From: the human T2T-CHM13v2.0 reference genome, Homo sapiens | Reading direction: 5' to 3' (one strand) | Length of the DNA stretch: 64,000 nt | Assembly: GCF_009914755.1 (NCBI RefSeq) | Contig: NC_060930.1 | In this document: piece by piece, positions 1 to 13,255 of the stretch | Layout of the letters: each line of letters begins with the position of its first letter | Numbering within the stretch: position 1 is the first letter of the stretch | The notes under the pieces: generated by a model | Database searches by the model: none | Told to the model about the DNA's origin: nothing | What the model saw: only the letters and a program-made list of their open reading frames with translations | Translations under genes and position numbers: made by a program

Positions 1-184
1 AGGTGAAGCTGGCCTAGCAGCGCTGCCAGGGGCACACATACCCCAGGCCCACGCGGGCCATGTGGCTGGCCCTTCCACCCCCAGCCTCCCTTTCCCTTGA
101 GCTCTGCCCCAAAGAGTTAGGAATGAGGAGTTTGTAAAATATGTGTCACTGGCCATTCTTGCCCTGAAAAATCAGGAAATATTC

Positions 185-501
<317 letters not shown>

Positions 502-2221
502 TGACAGCCTTGCAAACAAGAGGCCCTGAGAGAGACAAGGTGAGGTGTAGCAGGCGGGGCCAAGCCCAAGAACGCGGTGCCCACTCCAACATTTCCTTAG
601 ATCCCTATAGACAGAAAACAACTCAGAAAACAGACTAGCTATTACAAGGTTTCCTTGGACAGTCAAGGCTCTCTCGGAGGTGAAGCTGGGGGCAATGCCA
701 ACTCACCTCCCTGGGGTGCAAGCAACAATGAAAGGGAGAGCAGCCTCCCATGGCTGGGGCTGGAGAGCAGCTTCCTTGGGCAGCAGTCTCTATTCCTTGA
801 TGGAAGGGATGGTCCCCTCTAAAGGAAGGAGATAGCCCTTGCTCCTTTTCTATAATAGGACCTCTCTTCCCACCACTGTAACCTTCACCTCTGTAAATGT
901 GCTCAAAGGGCCCTCACGGTTACTTAGGGCCTATTTAAAGAAGACTTCTTCCACTGGTTTCTTTGGGACAGTCAGTATTTTCCTGTCATTGTGCTTACTT
1001 TTTCTAAGAATTCCAGCAGTCTGCATTCTGGCCATTAAGATCAAGGTGACGAAGGGCCAATGTTTCCAGCTGGGTATGAGGAGGGTCTTCTACGGAGGAG
1101 GGTCTTCTACAGAACAAAAATGCCATGCCCTTCTGAGCTGAGAGGAAAGGAGAGGAAACTGGCCTACTTTTATGGGTCATTTTCCCAAAAAATTATATAG
1201 GGAGCTCCCATACTATTCCAGGGACTGTTGGAAGGTAAAAGAACCAATCTTTACCCGTAAGAAGAGCCTACTAAGTGATGGGTTGGAGGTTAATAGGGAA
1301 GTTGAGTGTGTGAGTCAGCAGAATGAGCCAGCATTCAATAGCTCAGTGCAAAAGCACACATTCATCGGTTAAGGTCTTGTTCCTTAATAGAGATGGATCG
1401 TTTGCTGGTTGGTGTTAACTGAGATGCTTCCTGATTAAAATAATCAGCAAATGAAAATGTATCTCAATTTTCAGAAGCTCATTTCATATGAATCACTTTC
1501 GCTTTTCTGGGATTTCAAATAAATTGGAGAGCTTGGGTCAAATGATGTTTTAGGGCGCTCACAACTGTTCTCAATGCTTAAGAGCTTACTTGAAAGAGTA
1601 AGTTACAAGCCTCTTCATGAGACATGAGTCGGACATCCCAGGGGATGTTTCCCTTTGTTATCCAAAGGACCCGGAACGTTGTCCTATCAGGCACCTGACT
1701 CACTGGACCTCTTCCCTGTGGCTGCTCACTGCACCTGACACAAATCTGCGGTGGCCGCATCAGTCAGAGGCTGCCCTGCACCCTGCGCAGCTGGAGAAAG
1801 GCTTGGGCTTGGCCTGAGAACTGACCTCTGGTCTCTGGACAAGGATGCAAGGTTCCCACCACTGGTAGGTAAAGGGACTGCCCCCCATTCCAACAGGCAC
1901 AGGGGTGGAAAATAACTGTAAGATCCAAAAGGGGCCCCATGACTAACTTCAGCCTCCATGGGAGGAAAATACAGGAGCCTCCGAGGGCCACATGGGCCCC
2001 TCGAGTGCTTACTTAACTTGAAGAGGAAATTGCCCCACAGACTCCACCAACGGATACAAAGACACTGAGGCCCAGGGCAGTGACGAATCCCAACGGCCAC
2101 ATCCGACCACCTTCTGGTCATCAAGAAATGGAAAATTTCAAGGATGCAGCAAAGATATTTTTTCTCTTAGACTGGTAGTCCTAGGTGAGCTTTCAGCTGA
2201 GGCCACTAGGAAAAAAAAGAC

Positions 2222-2233
2222 CACACACATACA

Positions 2234-2267
<34 letters not shown>

Positions 2268-2343
2268 ATGTACACATATATGTATATGTATATGTACATA
2301 TACACATGCACATACACATGAATATATATATGTGTGTGTGTGT
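2222..2343. repeat. Compound (CA)n/(TA,TG)n/(TG)n microsatellite
   Basis: Directly visible alternating purine-pyrimidine tract. Confidence 0.95.
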
Positions 2344-3589
2344 TTTTGTGTAGCTTATACATAAGCCACCCTCATGGGACAAATATAGAAATCTAAAAAT
2401 AAAACAAAGAAAACTTTGGGAAGGCAAGTGGGACCTGGCACCCAGTGATCTGAAGGTAGCTGAGTTGTGTCAGGGTTATGGAAAGCTTAAGACAGGAACC
2501 CCAGGAGATCTGCCTGTAGCAGCCACTGAGACACTCCTCCTTCCAGAACAACTGACATCTCAGGCTCTGCAACAACTTCCACCATTACTACCCTGTTCCA
2601 AAGTTGTAAAGCAACTGAAGTCCCAACTCTAATAGTCTCAACAATTGTATTACCTAACAGTATTACACAGGCCAATGTCATTGATCAAATCTCATTACAA
2701 GAAAGAATTGCTTGTATAGGGCAAGTCGTGGTGATATTTTGATTTGGTTAGCAAAAAAAGTGTCTCTGGGACTAATTCTACACAGCAAATCCTCTATCTA
2801 GGCCTGTCCCTTAGACTGGTTACTCTGTGATGAAAATAGCTGGTTCTGAGCAGGGAACAGGGTGGACCTGTGAGAGGGGCTGAGTGGAACATGGCATGGC
2901 TCTGCTTATGGCCCCAACTCCCTCATGGGTAAGAGAATTAAACTCCAAGGCTCCACCCAGGCAAGGGAGGTCACAGCCACAGGCCCAGGAACCACAAAGG
3001 TGAAACAGGGAAGGGAAGATGCTCCCTCTGATGTTTCAAAGCTCTGAGTGAGCGGCAGAGCACCAAGGAGCCCCACGTGTGCTTGAGTGAGGCATCGGGG
3101 ACAGGAATCAGCACTGGGGTTCCAGCCTGATGGTCCCTCCTGGCTCACTCAGCTTCATCTTTGGTGAGGTGATGGGAATTGGCCCAGATGGTCCCTTCCA
3201 TCTCTAGAGTCCTAACATCCATAACAACATGAATCGGCATATTAGCCCTAGAAATGATCTTGCTGGATCATTATCAGGCTACGTGGCACACAGGCCACAG
3301 AAGTGGCTTCAAGTGCTGTGCCTTCTACACAGCAAAACTAAGTATTTATGAGATCAGCTATGGAGAGTAAAACAGAGAAAAAGGAACTGGGCAGAGTGGG
3401 AAGGGGATACCAGCAAGCCAGAACTTTTGGCTCACCTGGCAGTGAGAGCCAAGAGCCTGAAAGCCTTGCTCCCAGATGCTGGGGGATAGCATGAGGTATT
3501 CCTTAATTTTACCAATAGCTCGAGGTAGGGCATCCCCTCTGCTGACAAGGCAGGGGCACAGCAACAGTAACAGCAGCAGCCAACCACAC

Positions 3590-3778
3590 TTACTAGTACT
3601 CACAGTGCACCAGGCACTCCCAGGTGCCTTACATGTATCAACTCATTTAGTAACGCCACAAGACAATTCTGGCATGGACATATTTCAATGCCCATTTTAC
3701 AGAGGAGGAAACTGAGGCACTAAAGATTTAAGAAGCTGGTTTTGAACCCAGGCCAATTGGATCTAGTGTCTGTGCTTG
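3590..3778 (-). mobile_element. MIR
   Basis: Core CCCATTTTACAGAGGAGGAAACTGAGGCAC. Confidence 0.85.
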
Positions 3779-3974
3779 GCAGGGTTAGCCAGGGCCTGTG
3801 CTTCCACATGGTTCTGGATTAGTCAACATGAGTGCGGATGGGGCGTGCCATTGACTGAATGCCACTGATGCACCAAGTCTAGGCACTTATTCATGTGCAT
3901 TAACTTTGGGATTCTCTCTCTTCTGCCCTCCTCTTCAACTGTCCTGCCAACCTGGTCAGCACCTGGTCCAACTC

Positions 3975-4462
3975 TAGCTCAATCATCCCTTCCTCAGGGG
4001 CACATTCTCTGACTCCCCAAAACAAAGTCTAGCTTCCATTGCGTGCTGACATAGTTTCCTCTACTCCATCTTCCTGTTGCTTCCCATGGCTTGACATTAT
4101 TTACTTGCCTGTTTATGTAATAAACACTTCTCTCCCTGGCAAGACTCTAAGCCAGTGCTGACCAGCAGAACTTTCCACAACGATGGGGATATTTTACATT
4201 TGTGCTGTTCAACTTGGTAGCCACTAGCCGCTGTTGAGCACTTGCAGTCTAGCTGGTGTGACTGAGAAACTGAATTTCAAGTTGTATTTCACTGTAGTGA
4301 GTTTAAATTTAAATAGCCACATGTGGCTACCACATGGGACAGCGCAGGCCTAATCCCCACGAAGGCCTGTTTTGTGCTGCAGTATCCCCAGGGACTAGCA
4401 GGGTCAGAATGCAATAAACATTTATGAAATGAGTGAATGCGGAATGAATGGATGAATGAATG
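3975..4462 (+). mobile_element. L2 3' end, interrupted by MER3
   Basis: L2 tail motifs ending in AATAAACATTTATGAAATGAGTGAATG / (GAAT)n. Confidence 0.7.
4153..4347 (+). mobile_element. MER3 (hAT-Charlie)
   Basis: CAGTGCTG start, GGTAGCCACTAGCC, TTTAAATAGCCACATGTGGCTA, GGACAGCGCAG end. Confidence 0.88.
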
Positions 4463-6004
4463 GAAGAACACATGAGAGGGAAGTTGATGATGAATGAAGA
4501 AAGAAGCAGGATCCAGGAGCACCTGTTCTTCTTTCTTGTCCTTTCTGCACTGCCCCACTAACCTGCCATGCACCACCATCCCCGACCATCATGCCTCATC
4601 CCCTGGGTCTTGAGAGGTTCCCTGGAGGAGCTCCTTGCTGCTCCACCTTTACAGCCTCTGAGATCATCATAGAGTCAGGAGCCATAAATGCCCATTTCTA
4701 CCTCCCAACCTTGGTCAGGAGGTATGTCTTCTGCAGACTGCCTTATTTCACCTACTGAAGATGCACCGGAGTAAACAAGCTATCATCCCCTGCTTAAATA
4801 ATCTTAAGAGATTATTTGTCCCAAGAGAGGGATCATCCCTCTTTCCCCACTCTAAGCCCTTCACAGAACTTAACCAGCAAATGTAGATTCATCCTATCAG
4901 ACCGTTCACCTCCCAACTTGGCGGAGGAGCATGAACTAAGTAAGGAAACGGTGGCTCAGGGAAAACTCACAGCACCCGGGACTGGAGAGTCAGCAGCCTT
5001 GGGTCAAATTCTAGCTCTGCCACTAACACATCAGGGAGCTTGGTGAAGCCTCACAGGCCTGTCTCATGGCTGCTGCTTAGTGTTTGTTCAGCTCGTATTT
5101 ATTAAGCTCCTGCCATGTGTAGGCTGTGTGAGGGCACTGGGGCTGCGGCGGAGGATGGCATGATCGTGGCTCCGGCTCTATGGAGCCTTGGCTCTAGCAA
5201 GCGCCAGAGAGAGCAGCTCATGATAGGAGCTGCGGGGGGCAGGGGGTGCGTGCAGAAGAGTGGGCATTTGGAATGGGGTGGGAAGAAAGGAGGCAGGAAG
5301 ATGCAGAGAGACTCTGGTCACTGAGGCATGTCCATGGGCACCCTGAGCTCCTTGGTGGCAGTGGGAGCATGAAGGAGTTGGACATACCCTGGACGCTGCC
5401 CAAGACCCAGCAGGGAGGCAGCTGGTCAGGGAAGGACAATGGGTAGGGGCCAGAAGACCCCTCTCAGAGTGGGGCTGGACCAGCTGTGTGCAGCCCGAGG
5501 GCCAGGGAGCAGGAACTGTAATACCCTTCATCTTCTTCAACAGCTGAAGCATCTTTTTCCACTTGGTCTTTTACTCTTGGAAAAGCCAGGCTCAAGTTCT
5601 AATACCGCTCCTGATCCTCAAGGAGGTTAGCTGGAGCAGGTCTGAGGCCCCTGCGGTTTTTCTCTGGGTTCAGGAACAATCTGCTCTGCTCCTATTTATT
5701 GAGTCCCCGCCTGCAGATGAGCAGGTGTGATCCCCATCCTCAAGGCCCACCAAGTCTACTGGGAGAGGCAGCCACGCTCAAACCACTATCCGGAGGCAAA
5801 ATGAGCCACAGACAGGCACGCGTAATGTGAGAGCTCAGTGGAGGGGAAGTGATATCAACAGTGGGCATCAAGATGGCTTCAAGGAGACATGGCCTCTGAG
5901 CAGAGCCTTGAAGGACACACAGCCTTCTAATGGGGAAGCAGGGGAGGAGCTTAAGCAGGAGGGATAGCATAAGCAAAGGCATGGAGGTGGGAAAGCCGCA
6001 GATC

Positions 6005-6317
6005 AATGGTTCTCAACCTTGGCATATGAAAACCTCCCGATGAGCTTTCACAGGCTGATGCCCAGGCCCCATCAACCAGAGATTCTGAGGCAACTGATCT
6101 AGGATAAGGTCCAAACATTGATATTTATTAAAAGATCCCCAGGGTTGAGGGTTGAGACCCTTGCTACCTGGACCAGCAACAGCAGCAGCAGCACCTAGGT
6201 GCATGTTAGGGATGCGGAGTCTCAGGCCCTACCCTGGACCTCCTGAAACAGAGTCTGGATTTTAACAAGAGCCCCCAGGTGATTGTGGGCACGTGAAGGT
6301 CTAGGAAGTCCTGCTCC
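6005..6317. mobile_element. Two adjacent MER5-family elements (MER5A/5B-like ~6005-6163; MER5A1-like ~6164-6317)
   Basis: CAATGGTTCTCAACCTT...GGTTGAGACCC; CAGCAGCACCTAGG...TTTTAACAAGA...CCAGGTGATT. Confidence 0.75.
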
Positions 6318-7148
6318 AGAGGAGTTACATTGAAATCAGCTGGCTTACATTTTTCTGATCAAAGGCACCTGGCTCACTGCTGTGAGGAAGTGGCAGGACC
6401 CAAAACAATACCAAACGACCAAAAGCAGCACTAGCCACGTGTCAGAGCTGGCCTCTGCTGGGCACCATGGGGAAAGGAGGGTCACCATATGGCTCAGGCA
6501 CAGGAGAGAGGGAAGGAAGAAACTTGGGGGTAGGGAAATGGGCAACCGGTCTTCTGAACAAGACTGGGATTCTTCTGAGGCAGAGAGAAGAAAAGGAGAC
6601 CTGGGTCACGGGACGTGGGTAGGGGGATGCACGCCCGCACACACGCATGTGCACAGAGGTATGAAATTCAAAATGGTGCTAAAGAAGTGTCAGGCTCTAA
6701 GAACTACTGCCAGAAAGTGAGTACTAAATTAAATGCATATGCTCATTAGAATGGAATTTTTAAAGAAATTAACAAGCACTCTCCTGTTCACCTCTGGAAA
6801 GCAGCAGTGTTACTTCTGAGAATTATGAGCTGGAAACCAGATCAAAGGTAGACTCACGTGGTGCTCCCTCTGCCACCTCCCTTCCTCACACACCATTCCT
6901 AGGAGTCCTTCAGGATTTATGACGGCTCTCCCTGCACCCAGCCTGCCATCCTGCATCCAGATCTTGGTAGTAATCAACCATGTGGCTAGAATGGGACCTA
7001 CCAGAGGTCCTTCCGCACCATAATACCAGGGTTCCCACATGGGACTCTCTGCACTGCCCACACTCAGGAACTTCTCAGGAACGTGAGCTTTTTGTGGTGG
7101 TGACTCAATGTATATTTGTTTATCTTTATATTTTTTTCACAATTGGTC

Positions 7149-7505
7149 TGTGCCAGACAGTTGGCTGACTAACCCACCAGTAATCCCTAACCTCTCCTGC
7201 CCACCTCCACTAGAGAGGCTGGAAAAGCTAAATCATCTTTTTCCCAGCCTTTCTTGCAACTAGGGGTGAACACATGCTACTGCCAGGACTGACGAAAGCA
7301 GCAGCACTCGGCCGAAAAGCCAAAACACGAAGAAGGGCAAAGCGGAAAGACTGAAAACTCTTATCTATCCTTGAGGTCACTGCTGAACTGCAGGTCAATA
7401 CCAGATAACCACTGCCTCTATCCAAACTTCTGGTTTATGAGAAAATGTGTTTCTCCATCACCATTCCTTTGTTTTTCTGCTACTTACAGCCAAAAGCATG
7501 CCTAT
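7149..7505 (+). mobile_element. Old MaLR LTR (MLT1-type) fragment
   Basis: TTCCCAGCCTTTCTTGCAACTAGGG and 3' CTGCTACTTACAGCCAAAAGCA motifs. Confidence 0.55.
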
Positions 7506-8835
7506 GGTCTTTCCTGTCCTCCACGTCTCTCCTTCCATCTGCTTCACCTCCTTGCCTATTTACTGTTTCCATCAGTTTTTGTACCACCCTCTGCTCCTTT
7601 TTTCCTTCATCTTTTCCTATTCATCTCCTCCGTCCCCAACTCACAATATAATAGCAGGGTCGGAAAACCAACCCACTTTTGAAACATCAAGTCTTAATGT
7701 CCAATCAGTCCTCAGGCAGCAACTACTTCTGAACCCAGGAAACTCAATAGCTACGAATTGTACCCAAAGCTGCAAAAAACAATAAGCAAATTCTATTATG
7801 TTGTTTCTTTACTTCTTGGATTACTTTTCTGAGCTAATAAAAGCACATAAGGATATTTCACAAGTGTGTTTATGTTTCTATTTAACAAACCTTGAATTTC
7901 ATAGCAGGTATCAAGCCTCAGCCAAACCCATGCAGACTGACAGATCAACAAAGACAACAGGCCCTGAACAAGTAGCTCTCCTGAGAACAGATGTGTAAAC
8001 AGAAACACAATGTATGAATTACCCCAGTGCTCTTTCCCAGGTAGACTGAGAGAATCTGGACACTACCTGTGGCTGAGCCCTGGAGCCACCAGAATTTAAT
8101 CAGATACGTGATTAAGAAAAGTCTATTTTAATGCTGAATAAGATTTCTATCTTTCAGTTTACTACTTAATACATATTCAAACCAACATGTTTTCTGCGAC
8201 CATCAACATGTCTTGACCTCTTTTAGGGTATGAAGTGCTCAAAGGCAAGAACTGTGTCCAAATGGCACCACGTCTTTCCACCCTGCACCCACCCCAGGGC
8301 TAAGTCTTGTCCTATCCTCAAAACAACAGCAATCAAGTCAAAATCAGAAATTGCATAGCAGTTGCCAGTCACAACCAAACAACCATTTCTTACCTGTACC
8401 TGCTACAGAAATTACTCATATTTTCAGGGCTCCCTCATTTCAAGAATGATTCACATTTTTTTTGTGACTCAGACACACCACCCCATTACTGCTCTAGCTC
8501 ATAAGGAGTGTGGAGTGACAGCTTTAAGGGATGTGTTAAGTACCCCCAAGACTACCTTGGAGGGAGGGCAGGCAGAGAGAGGGATGAGGGTTCACCAGGC
8601 CCATTCACAGACGGTTGAGGGTTCTTTCTGGTGGCAATGTGCAATTTGTCAAAACATGAATATTGCTGCCATGTTCAACGTCTACTTATCAGCCCATAGA
8701 TTAATCTATTTATTCTTTTAAAAGTAGCATTTTCCCCCCGTATTAGCTTTGTTTCTTCTTCACACACCACATAAGAAGCTTCAGAAAGGTCACCTTTCCT
8801 GAGTGATAAATATGGGCAAAAAAGAAAACTCCTCA

Positions 8836-9003
8836 ATTTATTTTATTTATTTATTTTGAGACAGAGTCTTGCTCTGTCACTCAGGCTGGAGTGCAGTGGT
8901 GCAATCATAACTCACTGCAACTTTGAACTCCTAGGCTCAAGCGATCCTCCCACCTCAGCCTCCTGAGTAGCTGCGACTACAGACGTGTGCCACCGCACCC
9001 AGC
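8836..9003 (-). mobile_element. Free Alu monomer (FRAM/FAM-like)
   Basis: Single right-monomer-like unit with tail; perfect 17-nt TSD GGCAAAAAAGAAAACTC at 8815-8831 and 9004-9020. Confidence 0.88.
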
Positions 9004-9369
9004 GGCAAAAAAGAAAACTCTTCTCAGATCGCAGTAAATTAACATTCTCAGAGGATTCTTCTGAAATGATCAATTTCTTTCTAGAACTTTCTCTGATGGA
9101 GGAAGTTTCTCCTTCCTCCATAACACCCCTAGCTGATTGGATTTTAAGGGGTGATCTTCATGCCTATGGGTGCTGGGAAATTGTTTAGAACTAGTTACTC
9201 CAAGGACCCTGCCAGTTCTAAGGGGCCAAGGGCCCATCATTTCTTCCTGGGTTCCAAAACAGTCCCCCGTGTACAGTGGAGAACACAGCCTGGATTCCCC
9301 CCACATCCTTCCAGATTTGGGTGCAGGGTTTTCATGACCTCAAATCACTTACCAGCGGAGCAAGGAGTG

Positions 9370-9570
9370 GAAGAAACAAGAGGACTGACAGACAGAAAGC
9401 TCTAGGTTTGAACCCCGCTCTGTGTGATGTTAAGCATATTACTTAACTCTTCCAAGCCTCGGCCATCTCATCTGTAGATTAATACCTGCCCTGCAAGGGT
9501 GTTTCAAGGATTACAAATAACTGTAAGAAGTTTCTGGCCCAAACAAGATCCTCAGTACTGGCCAAATATC
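9370..9570 (+). mobile_element. MIR
   Basis: TTACTTAACTCT...AAGCCTCGG...CTCATCTGTA motifs. Confidence 0.7.
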
Positions 9571-10453
9571 AATGAGCATCATTCTTATCACCATAGTGAA
9601 AACACTCAAGAATCACATTCAACTCTGTGACAGCTGAATCACACCAAAGTACAGGCACTGGGTGGTCTGTGTGTATGTCTGCTAAGGATTTTCATTCTGC
9701 CGAGGATCTGTTCATGGGTCTGCCCCGGAGTCTAAGGCCCCGGGAACAGGAGGGAGCAGGCGTAGAGCAAGGTTTTGGACAATGCAACCCAGGAAGGTAT
9801 GTTTACCTCAGAGATGGGTGCCTGTTCTTTTTCTGGGAGACTTGGCCTACTATCACAATTCAGTGGGTTAGCAAAGGTCTGAATGATGCCAAGGCCCCAG
9901 GTCTACCCCTAGCATGGCTCCCTCTTCCAAAGCCATGGAGCCCACAGCCTTTACTTGCCAGTTGTTTCACGAAAAAAAATGACCAGCAGTCCCAAAGGGC
10001 AAGTTACCATAATCCACTGGCACTACTACAAGAACACTAAACATTTCTTCATCAGTTCATGTTGGATGTGATGGGGTAGGAGTCTCAACTTCCTTTGTAA
10101 GAAGGATGGCATAATGAATGTTCAATATCAAGTCATACATAGACATTCCCCTCCCACAATCCCAGGCTTTGGTAATTATTAGTAGAGCCATCTGCTCGGC
10201 TTAATGAAATGTGCAATCTCCTGTACATATAATTAGTGAAATCATTTTACTTAATTAAACAAATTAATTAATTGCAAGGATACTGCAACCATTTTCCAGG
10301 AACTGCATCCAACTCATTTATTCTGCATGTGTCTACTGGGCTCCCCCTGAGGGCAGAGGCCCATGCCAGTGCTCTGAGGAGGTAAAGATTCCCACTGTCC
10401 TGAGCAGAAATGAAAGCCCAACACGCAGTTGCTGATGACTGTCCCTTCCGCTT

Positions 10454-10564
10454 AGGGCATTCAGTTCATCCTAGCTTTCCTGGGATTGTCTTGGTTTTAA
10501 AGTTGAAAGACCATGTCCCAGGAACTCCCTCAGCCCTAGGCAAACTAGGGTGGTTGGTCACCCT
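10454..10564 (-). mobile_element. MER94 (hAT-Blackjack)
   Basis: Ends GGCAAACTAGGGTGGTTGGTCACCCT; internal GGTTTTAA...TGAAAG...CCCAGGAACTCCCTCAG. Confidence 0.8.
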
Positions 10565-10849
10565 ATACTTTGGCTTGACCTGGGGTCAAAGGTCACCACT
10601 GGACAATCTCCACTGTAAAGGAGATGGCAAATAGTGGGTATCCTGCAACTCCAGCCCCTACTCATGGCAGACATTGCTAGTAGACCCAAGAGTCCCACAT
10701 CCTTCTCACCTCTGTTCCAGGCAGCCACTATTAATCACCCTGAACAGGAGGCCTGGGAAATTAAATCTATTTTCTAACTATGCCTGAGAATCACAGAAGC
10801 TCCAGGCTCAAAAAAAAAGAAAAGAAAAGAAAAGAAAATGCTGTCAAAG

Positions 10850-11150
10850 TCTAGCCTAATCATCCATACAGTGCTTAAATCCCTTCTACAGTGTTATCCA
10901 CAAGTGGCTAGCCAGCTCTCCTTGCATACCTCTAATGATGGGGACTCACTGTCTCATAAAGCAGTTCTTCCTGTCTTCAACAGTCTTGGCTGTAAAACTC
11001 TTTCCTTGAAGTTACTAACATGTCTCTCTCGTCAGTCTCTTTTTTGGAAACCACATGGTGGCCCCTCAAGTGACGAAGCACAGTTATTAAATTGCTCCCA
11101 AGTCTTCTCTTTTCTAGGCCCAATTTCTCCAACTGTTACTCACATGATTT
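10850..11150 (-). mobile_element. L3/CR1 fragment
   Basis: CTCCTTGCATACCTCTAATGATGGGGACTCACT resembles the antisense L3 3' region. Confidence 0.5.
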
Positions 11151-12409
11151 GGTTTAAAGTTGGCGTGCCATCCTAATCTAATGACCCATCCAAGGCCTCT
11201 CTGGGGCCAGGTACTCACACATGGCTCCCACACCAGTCACCTTGTTCCTGGTGGATTCTATGCTCTGCTATAGTATCTGGCTGCCCCACCTCACATTGAC
11301 TCATATCAACACCCTGATGCCATTTCTGAGCCTGTTACTGTTGAGCCACAACTCCATCCATCTGTCACTGGGCCTCCCAGGAGCTTACACTCCATCTGGA
11401 GAGTCCTGGGATATGAGAAACCCACAAGATGGTAAGAAAACATAATATAAATTATAGACTGCCAATTTCCCAGTTACAAACAACTCGCTCTAAAGGTTTG
11501 CTTAAAAGTAATTTCTTTAAAATGCTGATAGCATGTAGCCACAAGAAACCATATTTAAAATGAGGGTTAGACTCCCAGGTCAGCCCACAAAAGCCTTCTG
11601 AACTCATAATGTACCTGCCGCATAAAACTAACAGTGTTATTTTAACTCTATGTAGCCACCATTTATAAGATGGTTTCCACGGTGACATGCACTCTGAGAT
11701 CCATTTCAGAGAACTACACAAAAGGTATACCTGGTGTCGCGCTGCTCTATGAGGTTGTAGGGGGAGCCTGCTGACCTCGGAGGAGAACTGACTCTAGACA
11801 CTGGTCCTCCCAACCCCCTTCAGGCCACAGGTCCTTTGAAGTGTGTTATCCTAAGGACAGAGCGTATGTGCACAAGCCTGAGTGAGCTGTGAGGCTGCAG
11901 CCAAGAGAACTTCTGGAAGGAGGCAAGTGATAACAGGTATGGGGTTTGGTTGTATGTGTTTGTGGTGGTGCTGTTTTTCAACAATCTACTACAGACATGA
12001 GGATAGGGGTATTTCTCAAAGTCAGAAATGTAAAACTAGAAAAGTCACAAATTGTCTTGTTCTTCTCTGAGCCTGTAAGCAGGATCTTTATAAGCTGGCA
12101 CCTACAGTGCTAAGAGGGTAGGGGGAGGAAGACGGACTGACGCATAACTGACCGCGTGGGGAGGCCAGCAGAGCTGCTGAGCCTCAGTTCTTGCCTGTGG
12201 AAGCTTCAGCCATATCCTTCCTTATTCCTGCCCCAACCATCCCTTGGCCCCAGGCCGACAGAGCAGGCAGGAAGGCACTGCATGGAATTGGAGGCCAACG
12301 CTTCCTGGGCATCCCACCTGAAGGAGAAGGAGCTGCGTTCACCTGGAGAAAGGCAGGTGCTCCCAAGGACCGAACTGCTTGGAGTCTCAAGGCCAGACTG
12401 GAGACCCTG

Positions 12410-12715
12410 CTCCATGCCCCCACTATTGTTCCAAACTTGTTAACTAGTGCTGTTAAACTCCCCAAGCCTCAGCTTCCTCATCTCTAAACTGAGCAGAATG
12501 TCCTCTTCGCAGGTCAGGTGCCAGTAGTAACGGAAAGGCAGTCATAATAACAGCTGAACTTTCTGAGCTCTGACCAGCACTGCTCTATGCATATCACTTC
12601 CATTAACTCATTTCAGCTGTACAAAAATCCTATTATTTTGTAAATGAGGAAACTGAGGCCCAGAGAAGATGAGTTATTTACCCAAAACCGTGTAGCTAGT
12701 AAGCAACGAGGTCAG
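12410..12715. mobile_element. Two MIRs in opposite orientation (+ ~12410-12530; - ~12545-12715)
   Basis: AAGCCTCAGCTTCCTCATCTCTAAA and TTTTGTAAATGAGGAAACTGAGGCCCAGAG cores. Confidence 0.8.
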
Positions 12716-12929
12716 GAGGATAGGTAAAAAGCTGCTTTGGAAACTGTAATATGGTATATAAATGGTGGTGATCATTACTGTTAACAACTAACACAGGAAA
12801 ATGCTTGAGTGCTCAAGCCCGGGCCATCTTTTCTACCACAAGGCATCTGGGCGGTTCCTGCCCAGTGCTACTAAGACTCTGCTAGGATATCTCCTCCAGC
12901 CCCAACTGCAGATCAACCCAAGCAGTCAC

Positions 12930-13255
12930 CTTGGCAGGACATGCTGCTTGCTAAATGTCACAGCCCCCCACCAGATGCTTGCTCAAAGGCTGCCACTTCA
13001 CCTGACCACCTGGATGAAAACTGCAAAATGCACCCTACCCACCTTCTTTGTCTTATTTTTTTCCCACAGCACTTATTACCTTCTAACCTTCTACATATTG
13101 TACTTATTTGTTACTGCATGTCTAGCCCAACTAGATTACAGGTTCCATGAGGGCAGGGAATCTTCTCTGTTTTGTTCATTGCTATATCTTCAGCACCCAG
13201 GACAGTGCTGGACACGTGGTAAGCATGTGGTATTTGCTGAATGAGTGAGCAAGTG
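12930..13255 (+). mobile_element. L2 3' end
   Basis: CTAGATTACAGGTTCCATGAGGGCAGGGA...TATTTGCTGAATGAGTGA. Confidence 0.85.

Noticed and set aside
707-710. Possible 4-nt minus-strand micro-exon (CCCCAG|GGAG|GTGAGT)
   Set aside because: Signals are real, but such matches arise by chance in 64 kb; no supporting context.
1078-1111. 17-bp tandem duplication GAGGAGGGTCTTCTAC(G/A)
   Set aside because: Ordinary slippage duplication with no functional hint.
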